This document shows positions 34,417-47,030 of a stretch of DNA of 64,000 nucleotides, piece by piece; position 1 is the first letter of the stretch, and each line of letters starts with the position of its first letter. A model generated the notes under the pieces. That model was given only the letters and a program-made list of their open reading frames with translations, searched no databases and had not been told where the DNA came from. Made by a program: the position numbers and the translations under genes. Origin of the DNA: Rebecca billardiae RCC1528 (taxonomy: Eukaryota; Protista; Haptophyta). The DNA lies in NCBI GenBank assembly GCA_965240325.2, contig OZ251233.1, positions 620,001 to 684,000 of the forward strand, written 5' to 3'.

Positions 34417-35889
34417 ATGGGCGCTCTACTGCGCCCTCGTCAGACGGCCACCAATGCTGGCGCATTGGTGGCGGTGGCGGTGGCCTTCTTCGCCGCAGGC
34501 GCACTGGTCACGCATGCGTATCATCACATGCGCGGAATCCCCGGCTCGACAGCTAGCCCTATGGCGCGCGCACTTCAGGAGGTCTCGGCGCCAGCCATGC
34601 TGAGGCCATCGTTGTCTGGCGACGTGGCGTGCGGTGCGCACGGCGTGCTCTGGGAGGGCGAGCGGCGGTGCTCGTGCTTTGGTTGTGCCCGTGGGCCGCT
34701 CTGTGCGGCCATCGACGGTGCACACACGGTGGGTGCGCGCTGCATCCTCGACGCCCGATTCGGTCAGCCCACCATGTTTGAGGACTATTGGCGGCACGCG
34801 GGGGCGCGCAAGACGTGCGTTGCAGCTGAGCACAGCCTGGAGTACGCGCTCACGGGCCAGGCGATGCCGCGCCTGATCAAAGCCATCGAGAACGTGCACG
34901 CACTAGCTGGGAACGTTCGGCTCGACGGCAACACGAGCATCATCGTCGGCATCGGGTCGTTGTCGCTCATGCAGGCAGCCATGGCCGCCGGGGCCGGGGC
35001 CGCGAGCAGCAGGGGACGTCTCTCTGCGCCCCCGACCGACGTGTGGGCGCCCCCGCCCTACTTTAGCAACATCGTGGACTCGTGCATCCACCTCGGCGCG
35101 CGCGCCCTCAACTGCACGCACGTCGGTCGGCCTGAGCCTCCAGCTGGCCGCGCGCGCGCCCCTCCGCTCGTCGAGATCGTGACGAGCCCGAACAATCCGG
35201 ACGGCCGGCTGCGCACGCAGCGGAGTTCGCGGGCATCGGTCGTTGTGCTCGACCACGCGTACATGTGGCCGCACTTTACGCCCGTGCACGCCCCAGTCAC
35301 CGTCACCGATCCCGAGCAGGTCGCCCTCTTCACGCTGTCCAAGCTCACCGGGCACGCGAGCAGCCGGATCGGCTGGGCTGTGGTGCGAAAGGGCTCCAGA
35401 CTGGAGAGCCTGCTCCGCGCATTCGTCGCGCGGTCGACCGTCGGGATCCCTCGCGACGCGCAGCACCGCGCCGTTGCGGCTCTCGAGGCGATGGTCGCCG
35501 ACCGTGGAGGCGCCCTCCACTGGGCGCAGCAGACGATGGCTGCGCGGTGGCAGACGCTCGCTGAGATCTTCTCTGCGCACGCGCCGCCGCCGGCGACTGG
35601 CTCCGCCTTTCGGCTCCAGCAGCTCGAGCCGGCCCGACTGGACCGCTTCCTGCACACGGTGCGGCAGCCGTCGCCGGCGTACGCGTGGCTCGAGCGGATC
35701 GACGGGCAGAGTGCGCACGTGGCCCTGAAGAAGGTTGGCATTCTTGCGCGGCCCGGCACCAGCTTCGGCAGCGAGCAACGGTTTGCGCGACTGTCGCTGC
35801 TGATGCGCTCGACGGAGTTTGACGTGCTCGCCAGGAAGCTGCGCCAGCTTGGTCCCGCGGCGCGCATTACTGTCACTGAGCACTCATAA
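34417..35889 (+). CDS. Alliinase / tryptophan aminotransferase-related (TAA1/TAR-family) PLP enzyme with EGF-like domain, intronless
   Basis: N-terminal hydrophobic anchor, Cys-rich CGAHG..CSCFGCARGPLC, GQPTMFEDYW, EIVTSPNNPDG, DHAYMWPHFTP, and the PLP-lysine motif FTLSKLTGHASSRIGWA. Confidence 0.9.
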   Translation: MGALLRPRQTATNAGALVAVAVAFFAAGALVTHAYHHMRGIPGSTASPMARALQEVSAPAMLRPSLSGDVACGAHGVLWEGERRCSCFGCARGPLCAAIDGAHTVGARCILDARFGQPTMFEDYWRHAGARKTCVAAEHSLEYALTGQAMPRLIKAIENVHALAGNVRLDGNTSIIVGIGSLSLMQAAMAAGAGAASSRGRLSAPPTDVWAPPPYFSNIVDSCIHLGARALNCTHVGRPEPPAGRARAPPLVEIVTSPNNPDGRLRTQRSSRASVVVLDHAYMWPHFTPVHAPVTVTDPEQVALFTLSKLTGHASSRIGWAVVRKGSRLESLLRAFVARSTVGIPRDAQHRAVAALEAMVADRGGALHWAQQTMAARWQTLAEIFSAHAPPPATGSAFRLQQLEPARLDRFLHTVRQPSPAYAWLERIDGQSAHVALKKVGILARPGTSFGSEQRFARLSLLMRSTEFDVLARKLRQLGPAARITVTEHS

Positions 35890-36096
35890 TCATCAGCGCA
35901 CATCGTTACAGACGACAATATATAGCGCGCTATAGATCCAAGCGAGTGTATATATCGATATATATATATATATTAATAAGTAAACCGTTATCAGACTGCT
36001 TTTAAAAATATTATATATCACGGCTACTCGTGAGCCGGGCCGCTACGTCGGCTACTAGCTGTAATAAGAATATGTATATATGTATATATAGAGAGA

Positions 36097-37949
<1,853 letters not shown>

Positions 37950-38155
37950 TACAGTGGGCGGTTCCCACTGGGGGGCCTGCAAAACAACCGCACCCGGATC
38001 TTGGCGAAGCTTCGGCGGCTCGAGAGAGGCCTCGGGAGGCGGCTGGAGGGCGTCCCGCGAGGCAAGCGCGGGCGCTGGGGCGCGAGGCGAGTGCGAGTCC
38101 GCCGCGTGAGCCGGCGGGGAAGTGAGCGCCACGAGTTCTGAGGCGAACCGGAGCG

Positions 38156-39321
38156 ATGGCGGACGCGCGCAAGCGCAAGACCCCGCCGAATCGCAGCGAC
38201 TGGTACCGCGACCAGAGGCACAAGCCGGGGCCGACGCCGCGTGCGCGCTCGCGCGGCGCGCCAACCGTGCGTCCGCGGGGTGCAAAATCGGGCACGGTGG
38301 TTCCTCACGAGTTACTGTGAGCAACACGCTCCAGAAATTCCGCTTCAAAACGCCCGCCGGAAGCGCGGTCACCATACCTGACATCTGCTGCGGCGCCCCT
38401 TGCGCCGATCCGCCGTGCGCAGGGCCCAAGCCGCCGCGGACTCCGCGCCCGCGCGCGGAGTGGGAGCAGCTCGTGCAGGAGCAGATGCTGGACTCGGACG
38501 CGGGGGACGAGTCGAGCGCCACGTTCTGCACCCACTGCATGCGACGTTCCTGGGAGAAGACGGCCACGGTGCGGGTCGGCTGTCTCTTGCGCGAGTTGTT
38601 CTCGGAGATGGCAGCCAAGATGAGGCTGCCGCGTGGCAACGTCGTGCAGGGCGGGCGGGTGCAGCAGACGGCGTTGAAGAAGGTAGTGATGAAGCACGTC
38701 TCGCTCCACACGGCCTTTGGCATGTTCCGCGCCTTGGGCCCGTTCTCCCGCTCGCACACGAAGAGCTGCGGGCCGCGGGCGATGCGCCTCGTGCACTCGT
38801 GGGCGGTGACGTCGGCGGACAAGGTGGCCGAGTTCTTCACGCTGGAGGCGAGCCACTACATCCTCTCTCGGCGCACGCGGGGCCCGGCGAAGGTGCTCGG
38901 CTCGCGCAAGGCGCTCGTGGCCGCCCTGATCCCGCCGATCAAGATCGTCCACGTGCAGTGGATGGATCGCAACGGCCCGTACCGGACGGTGCTGAAGGTG
39001 ATCTTTCGGACGGCGTGGGTCACGGTTGCGCGGCAGCCGGCAGTGCACCTGCCGACGGAGATTCTCGGTGCGCGCTCGCGGTCCGTGCGCGCGCGCGGCG
39101 CGGAGCAGCAGCGCTCGCTCCACCCGTGGGCCAGCGGCTGATGATCGCCCGCCCCGCGCCCCCCCCCCCCCCCCGCGCGCGCGCGCGCGCTCGCAGCGGA
39201 GCTGTCGGAGGCGGAGGTGGCCGAGCTGAAGCAGTACATGGTGGAGCGCCTGCAGCATCTGGCGGAGGCGAAGCTGGTGACGATGCCGACGGCGGCGGAA
39301 GCGGCCGGCGGACGATCCTGA
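38156..39321 (+). CDS. Transposon ORF1 or N-terminal part of the transposase; Cys-rich, intron 39068-39196, start uncertain
   Basis: The frame of ORF 38122-39141 has CCGAPC..C and FCTHC. GT-AG splicing adds [29 protein letters not shown] 38156 (MADARKRK) is in another frame, so one more intron or an indel is needed. Confidence 0.5.
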
Positions 39322-39446
39322 GGAACGCGAGCGGCCGTTTCCAATCGCGCAAGGCGCACGAGCTCGCGGAGTCCCGATCGAGGTCGCGCTCGCGCTCGCC
39401 CTCGCGCTCGCGCTCGACGTCGCTCTCGGAGGAGTGGGACGGCGCG

Positions 39447-41502
39447 ATGCCGACGCGCGCCGCGCTCGCGGCCGCGCACACGAAGTATGAGGACGCGCAG
39501 GCGGACTTGGAGGCGTCCAGGCTGCAGGTCCACCTCCACGAGGAGCGCATCAAGGAGCTCGAGCGCGATCTCACGCACGAGCGCGGCATCGCCATCGAGC
39601 TGCGCCGCCGCCTCGCCTCTGAGGAGGAGCCGGCCGAGATGGACCCGACCGGCGCGCTCGACGCGCTCGTGCGTGCGCGCTACGAGTGCCGCGTCGCGGA
39701 GTTGGAGGAGAAGCTGGCCTCTGTGAATGGGGACCTGTCCGCGGCGAGGCGCTCGGCGGCGATGACGGGCAACCAGCGCGCGCTCAAGCGCAACGAGCCC
39801 GGCGCCGACCTCGACCTCTCGGACAGGGCGTGGCTGCTTCGCGAGGAGAAGGCCGCGGACGCCATCACGTCGCTCGGCCTGCACAAGAATGGCGACCGTC
39901 TCGTGAACACGCTGCGGCGCGCGCAGGCTCTCGAGGAGATCGAGAACGCGAAGCACTTCGTGAGGCGGTTCTACGAGGTGGCGGCGGACGTGGTGTCGAC
40001 CCTCGCCAACACGTGGGCGACGCCGTGGCGGTGGCTGCGCGTCAACCAGTTCGGCCCCGGCACGACCAAGGAGCAGCGCGGCTTGATGCGGCGAGCGATC
40101 TCATTGGATTGGGTCGTGAACGAGGCGACGGGCAAGGGCGAGTACCGGCCGATCAAGCTCTTCGAGAACGCGTGCGGCTCGCTCTACATGCCGATGATGG
40201 CGGGCGACTACCTCTACGACCGGTACCGCGCGCGCGTCATCTCGCAGCAGCCGTCGTTGACCAGCGCATCCGACGGCTCGGCGGTGGGCGGCCTGTCGCT
40301 GTGCGACATCGTCTTTGGCGTGCACTCGGCCGCGCACGACGTCGCCAAGCGGCAACTGCGGAAGTCGTTCCTCGGCCACCTGATGATGCCGCTCTACATC
40401 GCGCTCGCTGGCGACGGCAAGCCCCTGGACCGCTTCACCGACGCCGACACGGCCGACTTCGTCCACTTCAGCGCGTCCGCCGCCAACTCGGACCTGCCGC
40501 AATCCTTCGCCGCGAGGATCCTGGCCGGGATGCACTACGGGCACGAGGCTCAGGACGGCTCGCGCACGGTGCTCGGCCGCGCGGCAGAGGACTTGCGCGA
40601 GCTGATCGAGGACCAGCGCGACGAGTGGATGAGGACGAGGACGCTTTGGATCGAGAACGACGACCACGAGCGCGTCTACTTCTCGCCCTACCTCTGCGGC
40701 GACCTGCCTTTCCTCCGCATGATGCTCGGCCTCGGCGCGCACGGCTCGCCGCACAAGCTCGGCCTCCTCTGCATGTGCGACCACTCGCGCGCGTCGACGG
40801 ACAACTACTACCCGCCCGAGCCCGAGCTGGCGACTTTCACGGTCGAGACGCTGAAGGGCTGGTTCGAGAAGGTGCAGTGCGAGCTCATCGCCGAGGGCAC
40901 GCGGCTCGACGCCGCGCACCTGCCCAACCCGAATCGCGTCTACCCGTGGTTCTGCAAGCTCTGCGAGCTCAAGTTCTCGAGCGACGATGACCTCGCGGAC
41001 AAGCTCGCTGCCGTGCTCGCCGACCGGCACAAGTGCGAGATGTTCCGCAAGCAGCACTTCGCGCACGAGCCCGGCATGGGGTCTGTGTTGCCCGGCATCG
41101 ACGGCCAGAACACCGTGCCCGACTACCTGCACGCCTTCTTCCTCAACCTCGTCAAGCTCGCGCTCGAGTGGGGCGTCATCCGCGTGGCGTCGGACGCGGC
41201 CGACATCGACGCGATCAGCGCCGTGCTGAAGTCGAAGGGCGTCAACGTCATCAAGAAGAAGAAGGACGACGACACGGCGCGCGCGGTCCCGATCAAGGTG
41301 CCGACCCGCGGCGAGGATGGCAAGCTGATCCTCAAGCACCACGCCGAGCTCGTGCCGCGGCTCAACGCCGCGCTTCGCACGTCGTCGTCGACGGCATCGA
41401 GCGCCGCGGCGCCCGCGGCGCCCGCGGCGTCCGCGGCGGCGCCCGGCGCTGGGCGCGGCGCCGCGCCCGCTGTGGGTGGCGTGCGTGACGACGGCGGCGG
41501 GC

Positions 41503-41551
<49 letters not shown>

Positions 41552-42344
41552 CGGGCGGCGCGCATCTCGCGAGGAGGAGGGGCTCGGCGCGCACTTCACG
41601 CCACGCGCACCACCGAGCGGTGGCGGCGGTGCTGTTCCGGCGAGCGCGTCAGCTGCGCGTGCGAGCGATGAGCGCGACGTGAACGACGCGCGACGCATCG
41701 AGCTCTTCAAGCAGCTGGCGCTCATGGCCGCGGCGATTGAGGGGCCGCACGCCGACGACGCAGCGAGGCGTGCGGCGGCGGTCTGCGCCTTCCAGGCCGG
41801 CGTGCGCGCGCACCGCGCCTACCTCCACTTCAACCGCTCGCACGTGTCGAACTACTGGCACATCTGCGTCTGCGGCATGGTCCAGCTGATGCTGCGCGGC
41901 GTCGACGTGAAGTCGTTCGCGTGCTACGGCAACGAGAACGTCGGCCGCCTGCTCGGGACCAGCCTGCACCGTCACGCCGCGCATCATCGCTCGACTACGT
42001 ACACGCGCGGCGGCCAGACGCGCGAGCGGAAGAGCCGCGCGATGCAAGGCGTCGACGCTGCGCGGGTCGGCATGGCCCTTGCGCGGTCCAACGTGTGCGT
42101 CACGACGCCGGACTCGCAGCCTAGCTTGACTCGGCCGGCGAGCTTCACGCCGACGGTGCTGCCCGATCCATCGGCTCGGCGCACGCCGAGCACGCACCGC
42201 GCGCCAGGTGCGCAGTTGCGCGCGTCACCTCGCGCGCCCCGAGCGCGCGCTACGAGCTGTACGGGCTCGGAAGCTGACAGCATCCCCGCGCCCGGCGCCG
42301 CGACCGCGACTCCGCGCACAGGCTCGGGCCCCTCGGAGAGCTGA
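39447..42344 (+). CDS. DDE transposase of the RAG1/Transib/CMC group
   Basis: IALAGDG (D at 40413); YLCGDLPFLRMMLGLGAHGS..LLCMCD (D at 40701); VPDYLH (41121); SNYWH..KSFACYGNENVGRLL (E at 41934). These parallel RAG1 CDG, GYDEKLVREVEGLEASGS..CTLCD, DALH and NYFH..SEGNESGNKL. N-terminal coiled coil. Confidence 0.8.
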
Positions 42345-42537
42345 TTTTCGTCCGCGCGCTCTGCTGAAGTCGCGCTGGTGAGCTCAGACGTCGGCGCGTA
42401 CCCCGCCGGCGCTAGTCTGTCGCACCCCTTTTTGTTCCGAGTCGCTCAGACCGCGCCGATCGTCAGATAGTTTTGAATTTCGGTTCCGCCACTGGGACCA
42501 GCCCACTGTAATATATATATATATATATATGTATGTA

Positions 42538-44486
42538 CCAGGTCGTTCCCCCTGCACTGGGAATCCGCGGTTTGGACATACGAGAAAAACAGCCGCAGGA
42601 CGCACCCGTCGCTACCCGCGAATAAGATTTTCAGGTCTCGCGGGTGCGGATGTGCGTCAATCGATGAGCTGGTCTCGCAATCCCAAAATTGAGCCGCAAC
42701 GAGATAGAAGGCAGGGCGGAGCCCCCGGTGGCGGCTCGGCAGGCGAGGGCCGACCAAATCTTGACCTTTTGCCCTCGGCGGCAGGCGGGCAGCGGCAAGG
42801 CGGCCGAGCGCCGTTGGCGGGGCGCGCCCGGGGCACGCCGCACGGCGCTGCGGGCGCGGATGTGCTCGCGGAGCCGGCTTGCGTGGACAGGCTGTCGCGG
42901 GAGAGTATCTGGCGCCCTCCTGCGCCGCGCGTCTCGCGCCACGCCTCTTTTCGCCGCGGCTCAGGGCAGCGCGCACGCGCGCGCCGCCTCGAGGCCCGAG
43001 CACTGCCGCGCCGCAGCCAACCGCGCGCGCGCCGTGCGCGGCGTGGTCGGGAAGGAACGGGGGGTGCTGCCGGGCGAGATGACGACATCATGTGCGCACG
43101 CCATGCCGCCCCGCGGCGCCGCGAAAGGGCACGATAACGGATCCGCACAGCTGTTGACGAGTGCTGCTTTCTTGTCGTGCCTGAAGCCAGACCTGAGCTC
43201 GAAGAAGATGATGAAAGTGCATCCGCGCGAGGAAAGCGTCGCACCCAGCACTTCTACATGACCACGCAGTGATGAACATTCATGTAAGAGTTTCCCGCGT
43301 GCCCGTCTGGCACTGTTCTGTGTCTCAATGATCGTCCCGACAAGGCGGTCACGACCGCGAGGCCGCGTGCACACCATTTGTGACAACTCGAAGAGGCGTG
43401 CAAACGGACCGGCGACACGCTCGGCAAGGCGTGGCGGGGCGGCATGGCGTGCGCACATGATATCGCCATCTCGCCCGGCAGCCGCGCCCGTTCCTTCCCG
43501 ACCACGCCGCGCACGGCGCGCGCGCGGTCGGCTGCAGCGCAGGCAAGGCTGGCCTTGAGGCGGCGCGCGCGCGTGCGCGCTGCCCTGAGCCGAGGCGAAA
43601 GAGGCGTGGCGCAAGTCGCGCGGCGCAGGAGGGCGGCAGATACTCTCCCGCAACAGCCCGTCCACGCACGCCGGCTCCGCAAGCACATCCGCGCCCGCAG
43701 CGCCCTGGCCCGGGCGCGCCCCCCAGCGGTCACGACCGCGAGGCCGTGCGGCACACCTGACACCATTTGTGACAACTGGAAGAGGCGTGCAAACGGACCG
43801 GCGACACGCTCGGCAAGGCGTGGCGCGGCGGCATGGCGTGCGCACATGATGTCGCCATCTCGCCCGGCAGCACCCCCCGTTCCTTCCCGACCACGCCGCG
43901 CACGGCGCGCGCGCGACCGGCTGCGGCGCAGGCAAGGCTGGCCTTCGGAGGCGGCGCGCGCGTGTGCGCTGCCCTGAGCCGAGGCGAAAGAGGCGTGGCG
44001 CAAGTCGCACGGCGCAGGAGGGCGGCAGATACTCTCCCGCAACAGCCCGTCCACGCACGCCGGCTCCGCGAGCACATCCGCGCCCGCAGTGCCCTGGCCC
44101 GGGCGCGCCCCCCAGCCGGGGCCAGCGGCATCGCACTCGTGCCCGGCCGCAGCCGCAGGGGGCGGGTCAGAATCGGTGCTCCGCACCCGCGGCGGAGGGC
44201 TCCCGCCTCCAGGTTGCACACGAAGAACTCATTTCCAGCGCATCGATTTCGTGAGCGGACTATCGCTGACGAGGCTGATTACTGCGTTCCACGGCTTTGC
44301 CGCGCTCGGGATTTGGCTTCTCCAATGGATGGATCTAGTTTCGTCATTTTCAATTGGAAAGCTCGATTAGATCGTTCAAGTGGTCTGATAGACGAAGCGG
44401 AAGACTAAATCTGCGTTGCTATGCCGCGGCCTCGCGCTCTGAATAGGGCGAAACCGCGGATTCCCAGTGCACGGGGAACGACCTGG
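42538..44486. mobile_element. Non-autonomous TIR element (1949 bp), 36-bp TIR with one mismatch, TA TSD
   Basis: TA|CCAGGTCGTTCCCCCTGCACTGGGAATCCGCGGTTT ... AAACCGCGGATTCCCAGTGCACGGGGAACGACCTGG|TA. The interior ~42836-44100 is homologous to the 15181-16291 element. Confidence 0.9.
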
Positions 44487-44632
44487 TATATATGTATGTA
44501 TGTATATGCGGCGCATGACGAGGTACTCAATGCAGCAGCTGACGGAGTGACGGTCTAGCTCGGTCTAAGATTGCCCGCGGGCGCCGGGCTGAGCCCACTG
44601 CCCAGTGCCCAGGGCCCGTCAGGGCGTCACCG

Positions 44633-45865
44633 TCACCGTGCCGGGCGTGCCGACGGCCCGACGGTGCCGCGTGCGTGCCGCGCCGTGCACACCGACCACG
44701 CGCTGTGCTGGCCATCCAGCCTGCTGCGAGGGACGTTTCGCTGAATCACAAACTGCGGCGGGTTCGATTGCTTGATCACTTGTAAGGAGTTTTCCTTGCT
44801 GCACACTGCGTGGCAGACCGCGTCCTCGCGCTGCTTGAAGCTCGGCAGGTTTGCGTGCCAGCATCCGCCCATGGTTGTGGAGGCGATCATGATGCTAAAA
44901 CACATTTCGTGGTCCACGGACATCCCGTTCCACGTGCCGACCGCCCGACTCGTCGAGTCGTACGTGCACGTCGTCTGCAGCGCGTCGCCCGGTCGCACCA
45001 CGACGGGCGGGTCCAGCACGCGCGTCCCCGAGTGCATCGAGAAGTTGCGCGACTCGTACACGACCGAGACGCTGCCGCCCGGGTGGATCACCTCTGTGAT
45101 CTGGTGCCGGCCGATCGCGTGCATGTGGTGCCTGATGGCGAGGATCTCGACGGTGTCCACGCCCTCGCGCGCCATCGCGCTGCTCAGGCAGGTCGGCGCG
45201 CACACCGACGCCACCTTATACAGCGGCATCCCCCTCGGGATCTTGAGCATGTCTCGCCTGGGCCCCACGACGAACTGGCGGAACGCGCGCACGCTCGGGT
45301 CCTCCGTGAGCGTGAGCCGTAGCCCGGATGAGTCCCTCAGCGGCACGCGCGCGCCCATGATGTCCACGGGCTTGTAGTGCATCTGGATGAACGCGTTGGT
45401 CGGCAGGACGATCCCCTTGCCCCGCGGGAGCACCGTGCGCTTCTCCAGCGAGAGCGAGTGCACCATGTCCATCGTCGGCCTCGTCGGCCCGAAGCAATCC
45501 CACGGCTCACCGTCCATGTGCTCGTATTGCTCACGAGGGTTCTTCTCCCAGCCGTACATCGCAATGTGGTGGATGTACCGCCCGTTGACCGGCGGCTCGA
45601 TGTGGGCCTCGATGCGAGTGATCAGCAGGCGACGGCCGCGCGTGACGTGCGCCAGGTCGAGCCGGGCGCACACGTACTCGTCACCGCTTGCACCCTTCAC
45701 CTCGGAATAGCTGCGGATCAAAGTCGTGGAGTAATTCGTCTGCGCAAACGTGATGGTGAAATCATCGCCCTCGCCCTCGCGCACGAGCAGCCGCGCAGGG
45801 AGCGCGTGCGTGCCCAGTGTGACGACCAAGAGCGCGAGCGCGATGAGAGCTTTCGCGGACGCCAT
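44633..45865 (-). CDS. Secreted copper type II ascorbate-dependent monooxygenase (DBH/PHM/MOXD1-like), intronless
   Basis: Signal peptide MASAKALIALALLVVTLG; CuH ligands YIHH and QMHY; CuM ligands HMH (RHHMHAIGR) and HEMC; DSSGLRL and GDALQTTCTYD family motifs. Confidence 0.9.
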   Translation of the reverse strand: MASAKALIALALLVVTLGTHALPARLLVREGEGDDFTITFAQTNYSTTLIRSYSEVKGASGDEYVCARLDLAHVTRGRRLLITRIEAHIEPPVNGRYIHHIAMYGWEKNPREQYEHMDGEPWDCFGPTRPTMDMVHSLSLEKRTVLPRGKGIVLPTNAFIQMHYKPVDIMGARVPLRDSSGLRLTLTEDPSVRAFRQFVVGPRRDMLKIPRGMPLYKVASVCAPTCLSSAMAREGVDTVEILAIRHHMHAIGRHQITEVIHPGGSVSVVYESRNFSMHSGTRVLDPPVVVRPGDALQTTCTYDSTSRAVGTWNGMSVDHEMCFSIMIASTTMGGCWHANLPSFKQREDAVCHAVCSKENSLQVIKQSNPPQFVIQRNVPRSRLDGQHSAWSVCTARHARGTVGPSARPAR

Positions 45866-45951
45866 CGCTGGCTCCAGCTGAAGTCCGGAGACACGCCGTC
45901 CGGATCCAGACTATGGCTAGGTAAAATAATGCGCCATGCCGCTATCAATCA

Positions 45952-47030
45952 TCATTCTACTTTTCGATCTACCCGGCGAATCACGTGTACATGGCGACGC
46001 TCGCATGGACGACCTCGACGTGACTGCGCTGCTGCCCGAGGGGCTGTCGGATCGTTGGGTGCGCCTCTACGTCCGCCTTTGGCGTGACGCAGCAAGGCTC
46101 ACCGCCGCCGACGGCCTCCCGCGCGCGGTGCACATCTCCCTCCTGCCAGATGGGAGTGTCCGTCTGACGGTGTCTGTGCGTCCGCCTGATGCACAAGGGC
46201 CTGATGCTTCTCCACAGGGAACCCCCGCTGGTGGCAGCCAGCGGCGCGAGGGAGGTGGTGGCGCGCCTTCTAAAGCTCCCCTGCATCCCGCCCCGCGCCG
46301 AGCGCGCAAGTCGGCTCCGCCGGCGCGCGCGCTCGCCGCGCAGGGCTCGGGTACTGGAGTGCAGGCTGCAAACGGCGAGCAGCAGCACTCTCAGAAGCGG
46401 AAGAAGAAGCCTCGGCGCGGGAAGCGCGGGCCTCGGCGTGACGCGCAAGGCAGGCGGATTCGATCTCCATCGAGCCGCCGCACCTCGTCGCGGCGCGCCG
46501 TCGAGAAACGCCAGGAGCGCAAGGCGGCGCGGCTGGCGGCCTCTCTGCCCGCAGCACCTGCGCCTGCTCCAGCTGCTGTCCCCCACGCGGACCGAGACTC
46601 GTCCATGGACGACGACTCGGACGACGAGGATGCGCAGCAGCCGGGGGCAAAGCGTACCCTGCACGCCGCAGCAGCGCCAGCCGCCGCCAGCAAGCCAGCT
46701 GAGCAGAGCGGCAAGCGCGCACGCGGCCGCGCAGGGCACACGGGGACGACTACATCACCGCCGGATCACCCGCCAGGGCCCAGCGGCTGAGACGGCCGTC
46801 TGACATCCGGACCTGCACCCTCGCCCTCGCTCGGGGCACAGCAGGTCCATGCGAGCCGCGCAGCGCAGGTGGATCGCGCTCCAGCAGCTCAAGGCCGCGC
46901 TCAAGCCATTCGATCGCGGTTCAGGCTATGCTCTGCCACCAGCGCCGACTTCGTGTCGACGATCGGGCACTGCCGACGACGAATCAGGAGACCTGCGCCG
47001 TCCTACCTGTGTCGTTAAATCATAGAATGA
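45952..47030 (+). mobile_element. 1079-bp element with 8-bp inverted termini and 4-bp TSD, carrying an ORF
   Basis: ATCA|TCATTCTA ... TAGAATGA|ATCA. A second, truncated copy at 33938-34329 confirms the 3' end. Confidence 0.7.
46005..46790 (+). CDS. Element-borne hypothetical protein: small globular N-terminus, then basic/disordered region
   Basis: MDDLDVTALLPEGLSDRWVRLYVRLWRDAARL..VHISLLPDGSVRLTVSV followed by KRKKKPRRGKRGPRR. Confidence 0.5.
   Translation: MDDLDVTALLPEGLSDRWVRLYVRLWRDAARLTAADGLPRAVHISLLPDGSVRLTVSVRPPDAQGPDASPQGTPAGGSQRREGGGGAPSKAPLHPAPRRARKSAPPARALAAQGSGTGVQAANGEQQHSQKRKKKPRRGKRGPRRDAQGRRIRSPSSRRTSSRRAVEKRQERKAARLAASLPAAPAPAPAAVPHADRDSSMDDDSDDEDAQQPGAKRTLHAAAAPAAASKPAEQSGKRARGRAGHTGTTTSPPDHPPGPSG

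Larger units (their letters stand above)
37950..42510 (+). mobile_element. Candidate autonomous DNA transposon (~4.56 kb) with RAG1/Transib-like transposase, inserted in (TA)n
   Basis: Imperfect TIRs TACAGTGGGCGGTTCCCACTGG / TACAGTGGGCTGGTCCCAGTGG (reverse complement of the right end), with TA microsatellite on both sides. The terminal TA may instead be the TSD, giving an element of 37952-42508. Confidence 0.85.

Noticed and set aside
38400-39300. First ~300 codons of the 1314-aa ORF as part of the transposase
   Set aside because: This stretch is a shadow frame. The protein-like frame here is 38122-39067, followed by an intron.
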